From Marsupella aquatica (Eukaryota; Plantae; Marchantiophyta): 64,000 nt of DNA. The position numbers and the translations under genes were made by a program. The stretch spans positions 11,475,660 through 11,539,659 of the forward strand of contig OZ316893.1 of NCBI GenBank assembly GCA_973895155.1, in the 5' to 3' direction. The notes under the pieces are model-generated. The model saw only the letters and a program-made list of their open reading frames with translations, ran no database searches and had not been told where the DNA came from. The first letter of the stretch is position 1. Each line of letters starts with the position of its first letter. Shown here one piece after another: positions 24,761 through 37,073 of the stretch.

Positions 24761-26408
24761 CTACTTAATTTCGAGCACTTCGATTTCAAAAACAAGAACA
24801 GAGTTGGGCTGGATCCCCCAGGCCGGAAAACCTGAAGCTCCGTATGCATAATCAGGAGAGCACTGTAGAAAATACAAACAAGGGGTCAGCCGCTCAAGAA
24901 CAACTGCTGGAATACGAAACAAGGGGATAAACCTCAGAACGATCAACTTAATTGCTTCCCAAAAGAGTTCGACAATCCGACCCACACTCAGAAACAAAGT
25001 GCATAAAAGACCGCAAAGCAATCTCGAAGAGCTGTTCCACCACATGCCCTCGATATGAACTTGGGAACTTCATTTGTCAAAGAAAATCCAAACATTTCAA
25101 CTGCAACGGACCCAGCTCTAGCTCAAAGGGTGGAAATAGTCATCACTTTTCCCTGTTTTCAAAAGTGTGGAGTAATTTGAGTCCAGTATGGAAGAACACA
25201 GGAGAAACGTACCTTAAGGCGGGCAACTTCACCAACGTTCATGCCCAAAACTCCCTCGTCCCATCCTGCACAGGCACGTTTGATTAGACTCGTTTCCAAA
25301 AGACAGATTCTACAACAAAACTCTCATAGACCAAATGACCAGTTAAATTTCTTTGGAAGATGGCCGCTTGCAGGACACGGATTTGAAAGCAGAGACTAGA
25401 CTATAAGTTTCCAGCACTCGCTTCCTGTAGACCGTTAACGTCCAGTCCTACTTCGTGACCACCCCAACGAACAGAAGATTCAACACAAAATCCGAGAAGA
25501 AACATGTAACCTATAATGCTTTGCCAATCTCGGAAAGTCATGCTTCTCCCTGACAATCACATCTTAATTAAACCTTCATTTTTGCAGCACATCGTTGTCT
25601 GATGGGCAGGTGCATACCTGCAATAACCTTCTTCCTTCCAATGGTAAACGTGAAGGGCTTCTGACCAGGATCCTTGGTGCTGCAAAGATAAGAAATCTGT
25701 GTAAGCATCAACAAACACACGCCGAAGTAAAGGAGAAACAACCGTCCAGAATGAGAAGCATCGATCCACCTTCTATGCCACAAGTCAGGACGTATGCACA
25801 ACCACAGATCTGACACAATGTGTACTTATAATTGGGTATCACGCATACCTCCAGAATTTCTTGGAGAGGTCTCTGTCCTTTCCTGCACAAGCAAAGTACG
25901 GTTCCGTCAAACCAAACCAAACCACACAGCTCCTCAATATACCCACAACAGTTGCAATGTGGTCAAATTTTGCGGGATCGCCAGCTTCACTTCGTGACAA
26001 CCTGCACCAGAGCTGAGGTCACAGGAGACCGTCCCCACTATCATATCGATCAAACACCTCCTTCACGGGGATCGTGAGAGCCCGACCGCCATCATCAAAG
26101 AGGGCCACCAAAAGAGCAGCTGACGGGCTTTCAAAGAAAGGTCACAATCACAGCGGAAGGCCGGACGTTGATGAAAACTGTTTGGAACATGAGGAAAGGA
26201 TAACGAGATGGATGAGCGAGTTTGTAAGTTCAGAGGCCTATCGAGAGAACAGGAAAGACCCAACAATCAAAAGAGTGAGAGAGAGGTGGAGAACGAAACA
26301 GAGCAATCCTTCACACTCACCGAAGCCAGTGCAGTGGACGGTAACGTCTTGGCCTGGTTGAGGCTTTGGGCCAGTCCCCTCCTGGAGGATTTCCTTCTCG
26401 AATCCCAT
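24761..26408 (-). CDS. FKBP12: Peptidyl-prolyl cis-trans isomerase FKBP12, 5 exons
   Basis: Exon 1 26408-26321, then exons near 25882-25849, 25680-25619, 25266-25214 and 24862-24761, giving [112 protein letters not shown], with the plant-type Cys pair. An in-frame upstream ATG lies at 26555. Confidence 0.96.
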
Positions 26409-29400
26409 GATGTCCAACTGGGTTGCTGCTGGTGGCTTGTTGGGTTCTCGACTATTTCTCGTTCGTCCCGTGGTGGTGGGTGGAGAAGATAGCTGGTACA
26501 CTATACGAAGAATTACAAGGGCAGAGAGGAAGAAAAGGAGCGTCTTTACCTTCATAGCAACGTGTTCTTTGCAATCCTCTCCTCGCTCTCTCTTTCTGGA
26601 CGCAGATTGCAGTTTTAGTGTACTGTAGTAATAGGTTGGCCAAACTCTCACGTGTCATTTCTTTTTTGGAGCAAGAGCCCCTCAATAGTCTTACAACAAC
26701 AACAACAGAGAATTTTTTTGATACAAAGCACAGCCGTAGATCTAGTGAAGATCTGTCTTCTGCAGATGGCCGGCTGAAATGGATGGACGAGATCGCTGGA
26801 TGTAAACTGAAATGGATTGCCAAAATGCAAGACTTTGAATTGAATGGACAATTTGAATGGACAATTTGAAATGGACAGCCAATATCTCAGGGTCTCGGGA
26901 TCTTTTTGGTGGATCCCAAGATCTCACTCAGTATTCCCAAAATTCTCACTTAAGATTCCTTATGCAATTTGTAGCAGCTGTAGATCTTGGAGACTTCTCT
27001 TTTGAGCCCTTTATAGCATGGAATGGTGGAGAGGAGGCACAAGGGCAAGTGAAAATCTGATAGCTCAAGGGAGCCACTGGGATGGTCTGCATCCAAAGGG
27101 GGAGGATCAATACCCAAATGAGAACTCCAGATGAGAGGGAGCCCTCTGGAGCCTCTTATGGGTTTACTAAACTGGTGTGTAATTACAACTCTACCACACT
27201 TTTAATTGTATCTACTGTATTGTCAAAGTTCTGAACTATGGGTTAACCAAGGGCTTATGTGGGTTAGAGTCCATCCTGTAGTAGATACAAGACAGCATTT
27301 GATTTGTTTCTGTCCACCCAGTCCATCGTACTCTCAATGTAGTAGTTTAAACCACCACTAGCCATGACAAAACCTGGATGCAGCAGGTTTCATTAATAGT
27401 ACCATTTTCCTGAAATTGTGGAGCAAAATGGCAAGATAGAGGAGAAAAATGAGTGGAATGTGAAAAAAGGAGAAATCTTGGAAGCTTCCACCTTTTATAT
27501 ATGGCTAGTGCCGGTTTAAAGTAAGAAACCCTCTCCATTTTGAAAATTCATCAAGGTCCACTGAATTGCGCCCATTTGATTGAGGGACTTTGAGGATGAC
27601 ACTATTCAGTGGTGGTCTCTTCAGTCAGCAGTGGCTCTCTGAACATATCACTACAAGGACCCATAAGCAATGTAGCCCAATAGCTAACAAACCCCTACTG
27701 AAACCTAAACTCAAATGCCTGGTAAAGGTCAGGTGTAAACAAACACGGGAGGGTGGCAAAGTGGAAGTTATCTTTGAATGCCATGCCTTCCTTTGAATTG
27801 TGTTCAGCACATGAGCCCTCTGAAGTGCAAGAGATAAATGAACCCTGATCCGAAGGTTTTGACTTCAAATAAATGGCTTCCTCGTCCAATTAAAATGAAT
27901 ACATTTGTATTATTTTTTGAACTTAATCGTGTGACTCGCTGTGTCTTTTTCCTAGAGCGTGTTGGTTTTAAACCAAGGGAAGAATGATATTACTTCTTTT
28001 TTTTTAGCATAAATGTTGAGAAACATGGGTTCCTAGATACAGGTTCTTTGCACTATTTTCAAATGCTATCATAAAATGAATTTGGTTACAATTATTGAAC
28101 CGTACTATAGGGTTTGGACTTGAATAAAGAGCATTGTTATATTTTTGAACTCAAAACGAAGAACCAGAATTGCCATTTTGTTCCCCCGCGAAAAGCCCCA
28201 CGGGAAGAAAATATCAGGGTTCATCTATGCTTTGAAGAGATAAATGAAAACGAAGAACCAGAATTGTTTAGTCTTGTTGAGTATGCTCTCACACAGAGCT
28301 CATTCAAACTTGTTGAAGTTATTCTAGTGCCAATAACCTATATGCATCCAGGACCATAGCCTTTACACGATACCTCAAATGATACTTGTCAAGGTTAAAT
28401 CTGCCCTGCACCATTGACCTTTTAGTTTCTAGTGTAGACAGAAAGAACAAATATTATGCCCATCTTTTGCATAAAATCATCTGAAGTGTGCCTTTTAGAT
28501 TCTAGTGTAGACAAAAAGAATGTGAAAGGGCCCAAACCCGGTAGTAACTTAGTGATGACTTATAATTGCGTATATGAGTAGAAAGCAAGTAGGTGTACCA
28601 AAAGTGTTTGGTTTTCAGAATTTTTAATTTTTGTTAGTTCTAAAAAATTGATGCGACAACTGGAGGCCGGAGTAGAGAGGGGTGTCGAGCGGTGATGGAT
28701 GACAAGGGAACCATTGAGGGGGTAAAAGGAGGCCACAAGGCAGCCCAAGGACTTGGAGCCAAGGTGTGGGCATCTTGGAGGGGTGGGGGCTGGTTGGAGG
28801 CTCCACGTAAGGCGCAAAACGGGAAGAATGACCAAAATATAGAAAATGTTGAAACTTAGAACAGACGTTGCTGCGCTAGTACTATTCTAAACATGGTCAT
28901 GTTTGGATTCATTTTGAAGCCCTCAATGAGCCCCATGCGAAACTGAGGTTCTCTAGTTGAGTTTAGGTCTATATCAAACAGTGACATCTCGAGGGACCTC
29001 AACACCCGTAAAACGACAAACTAGACAATCTTGGAGTAGTGATGGTGGGAGGGCCCTTAGAAGAAAGGGGTTCCCACACTTGTGTTCCCCTTCACCTTTT
29101 GTGTGGTCCTCACATGTTTTTTTTTGCTCTCTTTCCCTTCCCCATCGTAGAAGGGCCACCGTAGAAGGGGCCCTCGCACTTTCTTCTTTCCCTTTTTCTC
29201 TATTCTCACTTGTGGGGTTTCCATCCATACCTAAACCCTAAACCTTTTCCTTCTTGTGCTTGCTTTCAATGTGTGTACGGACCCTGGTTGTACGAACATC
29301 CGATTTTTTACCATCTCAAAATCAAGAGTCTATGGGCTTGTTGGAAAGAGCTCGCCGAGCTGAATCCAACGATGTGTCACACGGCCGAAACGGAGCTAAG

Positions 29401-29783
29401 ACGGGGGAGATACGACAAATCACATTTTTTGACAATACGAGGGCTTTGGGGCCGTACGGACGTCCGTACGGAAGGAGGTCCCGGCTTTGCAAGGGAAGGA
29501 AGAGGTAGTAGCACATACGGGGAAACCGTGATCCGTGTTTTGCAAAGTCGGGGGAAACGTGTTGTACGGACGAAACGAAGGGAGACGGTGCCCCGTAAAA
29601 ACTTAAACGATCATATCTTGGCCGTTTGACATTCGTTTTGTGCACAGTTTATGGAGCCGTGAACAGGAAGATGAGGGCTCCTTAGATATGTTTTCAGAAG
29701 TGAATTCTGAGAAAATTTTAGTTTCGACAATTATAGGGGCCCCCTCCTTTTACAACGAACCGGTGGTGGCGAACAGGAGGATC

Positions 29784-29947
29784 GGGGCTCAAGCCAAGGC
29801 ACCGTGAGTGAGGAGGAGGAAGACTGATGAGGAGACCAACTCACGGGGCTCAAGTCAGGGCACCGTGAGTGAGGAGGAGGAGGACTGATGAGGAGACCAA
29901 CTCACGGGGCTCAAGCCATGGCACCGTGAGTGAGGAGGAGGAGGACT
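29784..29947. repeat. Tandem repeat, 61-bp unit x ~2.7
   Basis: ggggctcaagcc(a)..gcaccgtgagtgaggaggagga.gactgatgaggagaccaactcac starting at 29784, 29845 and 29906. Confidence 0.9.
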
Positions 29948-31941
29948 AGGTAGCCATGCGGACTTGGTCGTACGACCTCTGGATTGTGAAACTTTTCAGA
30001 AATGTGCACTCCCGGGCTTGTTGGAAAGAGCTCGCAGAGCTGATTCCAACAAGAGGCGGCGCTCCTCAAACGGAGCCAGGATGAGTAAGTTAGGGCCCGA
30101 CGAAGTTGGTAAGTAAGTGATTCTGAAACGGCCATAACTTGGTCGTTTGATGTCCGTTTTGGGAGCGGTTTGGTGATTCGTGATCAGGAGGAGCAGAGCT
30201 ATCCAGGGCTCTCCTCAGGGGAGTAGTTGGACATATTTGAGGTTTCGACCATGAGTGGCCCCCTCACTTCCCGGAGACTACGGATGATTACGGTTGGTAC
30301 CTGGCGAAGGCACCGTTGGTACCGTAGTGGGCTAGGGTTTTTCATGGTGTGTGTGTGCCGCACGCTTTAGGTTAATTTATCTCTTAGATGTTTTTGGGGG
30401 CGCCGCTAGGGTTGCCGCCGTTGTTGCCATTCCGTGAGGGGTGCTTTGGTGTTTTTTTCAGTATTTAGGGGGGAGGCCCGTAGTGAGAAGGGGGAAACTC
30501 AGTCTAGTGTTTGCTTAGGGAAGTTAGCTCATAGCCAGAAGAGGGAATCAAGCCAGAGTAGTGAGGTAGAGGTGTAGCACTTGCCCCAGTGAGGCAGTAG
30601 TTGGGCAGATGGCAGGAGGCCGAGTTGTCCTTGCAATGTGTTACGACGTTTTGCCAAAAGATATGGGTTTGGTTTGATTCCTCAAGTTTTGGTGTGGCGT
30701 TATTTTTTTCTAGTTCAAGATTGTGTTCTTTCCCCAAGAAGTGTCTAAGGAATCCTTGCACGATTTGGTCAACCATGTGAGTAGGAGGGGTGGTGACAGC
30801 ACTCCACCAACGACCAGTAGGAGTGTGTGTGTGGCGTAGTCCATGGGACTTGATCAAAAGCAAAGCGGCTAGTCGGTAGACTTGATCAAAAATTACATTT
30901 CCGGGAGCGGAAATAAACATACTCATCCTACATGCAATAGAATCCTAATAGCGTCCCTCCACGTTCCTGTCACACGATAACAAACGATTTTAGTAGGAGT
31001 AAATACGTATTTGTCGTGTAAATCGTTTGATAAGCAGGTGACAAAGAACATAAGCTTTGTCAAATTAATCTGGATTTCACTCTTGAGTACAAGCTCACCA
31101 GTGCAGTCCTCTTCATCCTCCATCATCCCCTCCAAATTTGATCAGGTGGGAAGTCGCGGAACTCGACTACCTTAACACTTAGCTCCGGCGTCGCTGACTC
31201 CGACGCTGAGCTCCCTTATGGTCCGGGCCCAGATAGGCCATACGGGGAGGACTTAGCATGGGGAGACTGGTGGGCAACGAGACATGACGCTAGCAAAGGC
31301 AAGGAGCCAAGCTGGTGACACACACTAAGGACTTCGACTAGCTGAGAGCTGGTTGGGTCAAAAGGGGAAATGGGCCAGGCTCAAGGACGACCGTCCGGAC
31401 CTCTGGATGGACTTTGAGTTTTGAGGGCTTGAGTGTGAGCTCCTCTTGGGCCCAAGGCCCATGGAGTTGACGCCATGGGCAATAGACGCTTGGGGCGCAA
31501 GTTATGGTCCGATCCGGGTTGGGCCGATCGAAGGCCCCGAGCGGCGATGAGACCTGAGGACCTAGGCATGAGCACTGGGTCGGCCCGATCACAACGGGCT
31601 AAGGCACTTTGCTTGCGGATGCCTAACGAGAGAGTTATGGGCGTTGCCAGTTGGTGGCGCACCCGTTATGCGCGATAGGATCCGGGTTGGAGGCCAAATG
31701 TTTAGGGACCAAAGCTGGCCCGGGGGTGGCAGGTCTCCAGAAGCATATATGAGGGGAGTGGTGTCTCCCTGGGGGCTAAGGGCGAGCCAAAGTCGTGAGC
31801 TGCGGCGCTCCCCTCCTTGCACCACGTCTACGAAAGAACGGCGGTCGGAGCATCCCGGAAAGCAAAGGTATCATTTCCCGTTTGTTGTCCGTCGTAGACG
31901 GCTAATTGTCTACGATGCTTAGCCGTCCACGATGCTTAGCT

Positions 31942-32002
31942 CCCGGTATTCTCGATATTCGGTTTTCAAGACCGACTCTTTCAACCGCTCAGACATCCAT
32001 CC
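31942..32002 (-). pseudogene. trnS: 3'-truncated mitochondrial-type tRNA-Ser(UGA) fragment (NUMT)
   Basis: Minus strand reads GGATGGATGTCTGAGCGGTTGAAAGAGTCGGTCTTGAAAACCGAA...AATACCGGG, matching the 5' part of plant mitochondrial trnS-UGA as I recall it; the T-loop and acceptor 3' strand are missing. Confidence 0.8.
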
Positions 32003-32225
32003 CTTTCGTAATAAGCTCTTGAGCTTGAAGCAAACAATAAGAAACCTAATATTCAATTACTATGTAAATTAAAGTTCAGAGAATACACAAAAAAAAAAAA
32101 ATTGTTTGGCTAGACTCGTAGAGCTCGACCCAAACTCGAAGGGGCCAAAGCACGGAGTACGCGACCCGAGTGGGCCCGAAGGCTAGAAATGGCTTGACGA
32201 TTTCTGCCCACGAGCACCAGAAGGA

Positions 32226-32271
32226 CGGCCTTTGATGCCGGGAAACAAAGGTTCGAATCCTTTTACTCCAG
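32226..32271 (+). pseudogene. trnQ: 5'-truncated mitochondrial-type tRNA-Gln(UUG) fragment (NUMT)
   Basis: CGGCCTTTGATGCCG (anticodon arm, TTG) followed by AAAGGTTCGAATCCTTTTACTCCAG, the T-arm/acceptor 3' end typical of plant mitochondrial trnQ; the 5' half is absent. Confidence 0.75.
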
Positions 32272-33269
32272 GCCGCCCCCCCATTTGGCGAAAGCAGAAA
32301 GAAATATTTTTTCTTGGTCGAAGGCCCATGGGGCATAAGGCCAGGCTGGTCGCGACACTAAGGGAAACCGCCAAACGGAAACGGCGATATCTTCCCAACG
32401 AAAGTCCGTTAGAGTACTTCTTGGGTGCGTTGGAAAGCTCTCAAGCAAGGCTACGCCTTCCTGAGCTCATCTGGGTCTGGGGGCACCATGGGTTCTCGGG
32501 GTTTGCGGGTGTTATCTCGTCCGCTTGCCAAATCCTGCCGAACAATAGTCAAGCCGTGTTCAATCTCCCAAGGGAGCTTGCGTTGGGGAAGCAAGGCCAA
32601 GTAGGTGTGGAGGTTGAGTTCTAAGAGTGTTCGGTCCCTAGACCATTAGTGAGGCAAATCGGGAGTTGGTTGCTAGAGTCGGGGCCATTCTGGTATCGAC
32701 GTGTTGGGACAAGCTTTAGAACAAGCTACGCTATTTGGGCCATGAGCATGTCCTGGGGTCAGGACGGTCAGTTGGTGATGGATAGGTACGAGGGGGAACC
32801 CGGACCGCGCCCAAGGAAGGAGTTGTTTTGGACAAACTGTGGGCATGGGTTCTAGTTCCGGCTTATGGCATCGGGAAGACCTATCGCTAACCTATTTAAT
32901 TACCAATGTCTGTTGAGCTTGAGTTAGGATGCTAGACTTGGCGAGTTCTAGATCCTGAAGGGTTACTTATCGAGGTGCTTGCATTGGTTGCTTGTGCAGA
33001 CAATGAGGACCGTTGAGTAGCGGTCGTGTTGGAGAGCAAGTGCGGCTTTGTATGGGAGGGGCCGCTAGCAGTGCAAGGGGCACTAGGGTGCTTGCTTGAG
33101 GTATTCCGTGGAGGCGTTCGGGCACCAGGGGCACTTAGGCGTGAGTGTTGGGATTGGTGAGGGTGCTGGGTGGCAAGGTCCACCACTTGGGACTTGACAA
33201 AGCAGTTAATGGTAAGCTTGGGGTTCAGATTGCATACAGATGGGACTGGAAAGAGTAGTACATGCAAAG

Positions 33270-34178
33270 ACTTGGGTTGGACTTCTCAATTCTTTTATTT
33301 TCCAGCATCCATTTCTTCATGGAGTTATATTGAAGTGGTTTTCCTCATTAGAGTTACACTAAAGTGGCTGAAACCAGACGAGTCTACCAGAACTTTGATT
33401 CAAGTTCAGGGAGTTATTCTTTGACATCTATACCAAGTGTTCAATACCTAGGTGAGACTGTGTTTAGGCCTTCTGGAGGTGCTTTCTCCAAAATTACCCC
33501 GAGTTCATAACATGACAAACTTAGCTCTAGATGAGTAGAGGCCAACTTTGTACAACAAGAGAGGAGGAAATAACTCTCTTGGCAATAATTTATGGGTTAA
33601 GCAACACTGCATATTTTGACCACTTGTGGGAATCATCCTCTCCATTTTGGTACTAGTCTCCTCCTGCCTTTCTCGTCCTCCATCTTCTCTTAGATGAAAT
33701 CAATTACATACAAGTTGGGCTTGAAGGAGTAGCAAGTGTAAGACTACCTCTGTGGCATACCCATTTTGATTGTAGATTTATTACTCATGGTCAGACGGGT
33801 AGTCCTGGAAAGATGGTAATCAAAGTGGTCCTTCAAGATTTCCATACCCATGTATTACTTGGGGAAAAACAATAGGATCAGTTTGCAAGGTACGCAATGT
33901 ACACTACTAATTTGCTATAAGCTCTAGTGCAAAGATAGCATTCCGTGATTTTCTCAAGGAAACAGGTTTCGAGAAAATTGGAAAAAGAGCGGGTAGGAAA
34001 GAAGCCTGCACAACTCTTCTACCATGATTTACAGTACAATGTTCAAAGTAAGGCGAATTTCTCTAGAGAAAAGGTAAAAAATTTCCTAGAATCAGAATTA
34101 CTACAAAATTGACAGACTAGCAAAAAACCAAATTAGCCATACTCAAATGAATCTCCCGTACTTGTGCATCTGATTCCA
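33270..34178. repeat. Diverged direct duplicate of the MGD1 3' flank (other copy ~41470-42098)
   Basis: Collinear matches, e.g. ccagcatccattt...agagttacactaaagtggctgaaaccaga, gtagtcctggaaagatggtaatcaaag and gaatctccc...cttgtgcatctgattcca; this copy is interrupted by a 333-bp insertion. Confidence 0.92.
33461..33793. mobile_element. Probable solo LTR (TG...CA, 5-bp TSD)
   Basis: Insertion starts tgttt and ends ggtca, flanked by gactg / gacgg; the paralogous empty site near 41714 carries gactg once (ttg-gactg-gtagtcc). Confidence 0.6.
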
Positions 34179-36169
34179 TAGTGCTATTGATAGGGCTAGT
34201 GATGATATAATATAGTAGCACCACAAACTAATATATTAAATTTGATAATTAGAGCCGTTGCTTTTGACCAAAATTTATAGCAGCGCCTGGTGCTAATCAA
34301 AATTAATATATCCTTTAGACTATACTTATTTTTGTTCATATTTCCATAGTAGCACCCAATGCCAACAAAGAGTCCTCTTTGGTGAGGTCTCATTTACATA
34401 GATATTTCTTTATTACTTGCAAAATTGCATGACCTTATAAAATATACTTTGGTGTATTTACCAACGATAGCAAACACAATAGATAAAACAGTAATACTGT
34501 TAGTGAAATATGTGATATAGCAGTAAACAATTAAAGCTAATAGACTCAAAAAATGTTTTTCTAGAGGGTTTGGATCAGTGTTTAAACCCTAAACCCTAGC
34601 TCTCGGCATTAGTAATATTTTTACATTTTTATACTAATTCTTAAAATAATATCATTCCTAGAGGAGATCAAGTCAATTATAATATTACCAAGTCCCAATG
34701 TAGGTAATATTTAAAAAATATATTTTTATATTCATTTATGGATTTATGTTTATTATTTCTTGTAATTGACTCTTTTGCCAAATTTTCCTTAAAAAATAAT
34801 GGATGTCACTACACATGAAGGTATCATTTCATAATAGCACTTATCTGCTGCTTTTATCAATCAATACGTCAAATAAATATGATGTATGATAGCACCTGGA
34901 GCTATTATACATCCTACACAAGATGTTAGGACTATTGAGATAGCAATTAGGTACTAAATTAGATATTATATCATATTAAGATGTCAAATTTGTCTCAATT
35001 TCTTTTGCATCTCAAGCTATCATGATATTTATTCCCAGATTTAATCCAAGAGTTTAATCTCTATGACCTTTAAACATATTGAAATATGTCAGTTTGCATA
35101 GTATTAGTATGGCATTACGATCATTTTGTTTAATTCTATGCTAGATATTTTAATTGGGGTCACAAGAATGCATCAAACTCTAATCCATTGTAGCCCCCAA
35201 ATTTTTTACACTTTCTTACGCACCTCACCCTCTTATGGGATTAATTTAGAAATAATTCTAAGAATTTTTGTGAAAATAACAACAACACACATTTATACAA
35301 TCAACAACTTAAAAAATATAATGATATTTGTGGTTTAAATAAGACAATTTTAACAGCAGTAAAATTAATATTGTCCCAAATCGCTTGCATTCAAAGATTG
35401 AAACTAGACTTCGTTTTATAATTTCATCCCATTCGTGTGTCTATCCACCACATGGGTTCAGAAATCTTTGTTACCCATGTGAAACTATATCCATACATTG
35501 ATACATATGTTCAAGAAGTTACAAAAGAAATCCATGAGATTTCTATGTATTGAAGGTTTGATTTAATTAGGAATTAGATATAAGAAATCCTTCCACATAA
35601 GATTTTATTTGGCCAAGATTGTGCCCTTCACGTAAGCACTATTTCAATAATCTTGATAATGATGTACACTTTAAGTCTCCTCTTGAGAATTCACAGAGTA
35701 TCAGATTTGGCCAAATGCAAGAAATATGCACTTGGTTATAGGAGAAGTGGGTATGTTGCATTTTTATAAGAGTTCAACAAATATAGAATTTTGTTGTATG
35801 GTAATTGTAAATCTTGCCACTATGTGAAGACTATGATGGTATTCTGGCTAATTATAACCCTTGCAACTAATATTAGTTATAGTTTGGCTAGCGCCCGACT
35901 CCAGTAAACTTACCCCATTATGACAAGTAGTAGAGATTTTTTAAGACAAAGAACGGTGGATCATAGATATCATAGAAAATGTGTTTTTTGGCTCTTGAAA
36001 TGAAACAGTTTTTTTGGTTGTGAGCACAAAAACTCCTGTTATCTCCCTTGATTTTTCCTGTTATGATTTTTTCTGTTACCTATCACGGAGATCAGGCCCC
36101 CTATGACTTTTGAGGCAGCACCATTGCAAGGAAGGCAATTAATATTACCAAGGAATTTGTTACCAAGAT

Positions 36170-36335
36170 ATGATATGAGTGTCTCTGCAAAGAGAGTGGA
36201 TCCAAATTGGAGAAAGGCGCAGGTGGCGACGAAGGGGAAAAAGGCAGAGGACATCGTGGACAAGAAGAAAAGAGAGTGGATTCCAAATTGGAGGAAGGTG
36301 CAGGTGGCGAAGGAGGGGGAAAAGCAAAGGTCATG
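36170..36335. repeat. Purine-rich direct repeat, ~80 bp x2
   Basis: agagagtggat(t)ccaaattggag.aagg.gcaggtggcga occurs twice. Confidence 0.75.
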
Positions 36336-37073
36336 GTAAACAAGGAGGAGAGGGACAGTAGCGGAAAATGATTGTTGGCGCCATAATCTTGATCTGAAGA
36401 TACTTCTTTTATCAATAATGTTTTTGATCCAAACTAAATTGTTCAAGTTAACGTCGACGGTTACAAGAGTTGAAACTAATCTATTCCAGTTAATGGCTAT
36501 GGTGATAGAAGTTGAAACAAAGTTATCTGAGCTTAGGACAGATGTGTTATAGTTAACTTCTCAGCTAAGAGCCTTTGAAAAAAAATCTTAATAAATGACA
36601 TATTAAATAAAGTCATGAGCCTAGGTGGTCTCCTAGGTGTCATTGGAGCAATAGGAGACAACTCATTAGTTTTCAAGTGCTGTCTGAATTTTTGGATCAA
36701 GAAAAATAGATTTAGTGATTTCCTTTTCAGATATGATATAGATTTCTATGTCTCTTTCTAGTGTGTAGAATGTCAGATATTGCTCATATCTGCAAAAAAT
36801 TCTGTACTAAGGGCAGTGTTAAGCGACGACATCTAACACTAATGCATGTTTTACACTATCTACTCACTATTATATACAATCTCGCCTTTTTGTGCTCATC
36901 ATCTGCTTACAAAATCCACTTTTGGAAAGAACTCATTATGACCATTGGATTTAAAACTTAAATTTTCCAGCCCCCCAGATCTGTGTAAGGAAGAATAAAG
37001 AGTTTGCCCTAGCCTGAGGCACGGATGGGCTTCCACCCACACCTAAATTCATACACAAACATATAGATAAAGG

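Noticed and set aside
29784-29947. Regular repeats (also 23811-24000 and 9540-9690) as CRISPR arrays
   Set aside because: Units are contiguous with no unique spacers, there are no cas genes, and the context is eukaryotic.
31942-32271. Functional tRNA genes or a retrotransposon primer-binding site
   Set aside because: Both tRNAs are truncated; the trnQ end is not followed by CCA, so no TGG-type PBS is formed.
35640-35730. Faint resemblance to a Helitron Rep motif (FG..Y..EFQ.RG..H.H) on the minus strand
   Set aside because: Requires several frameshifts and stops; not distinguishable from chance by eye.
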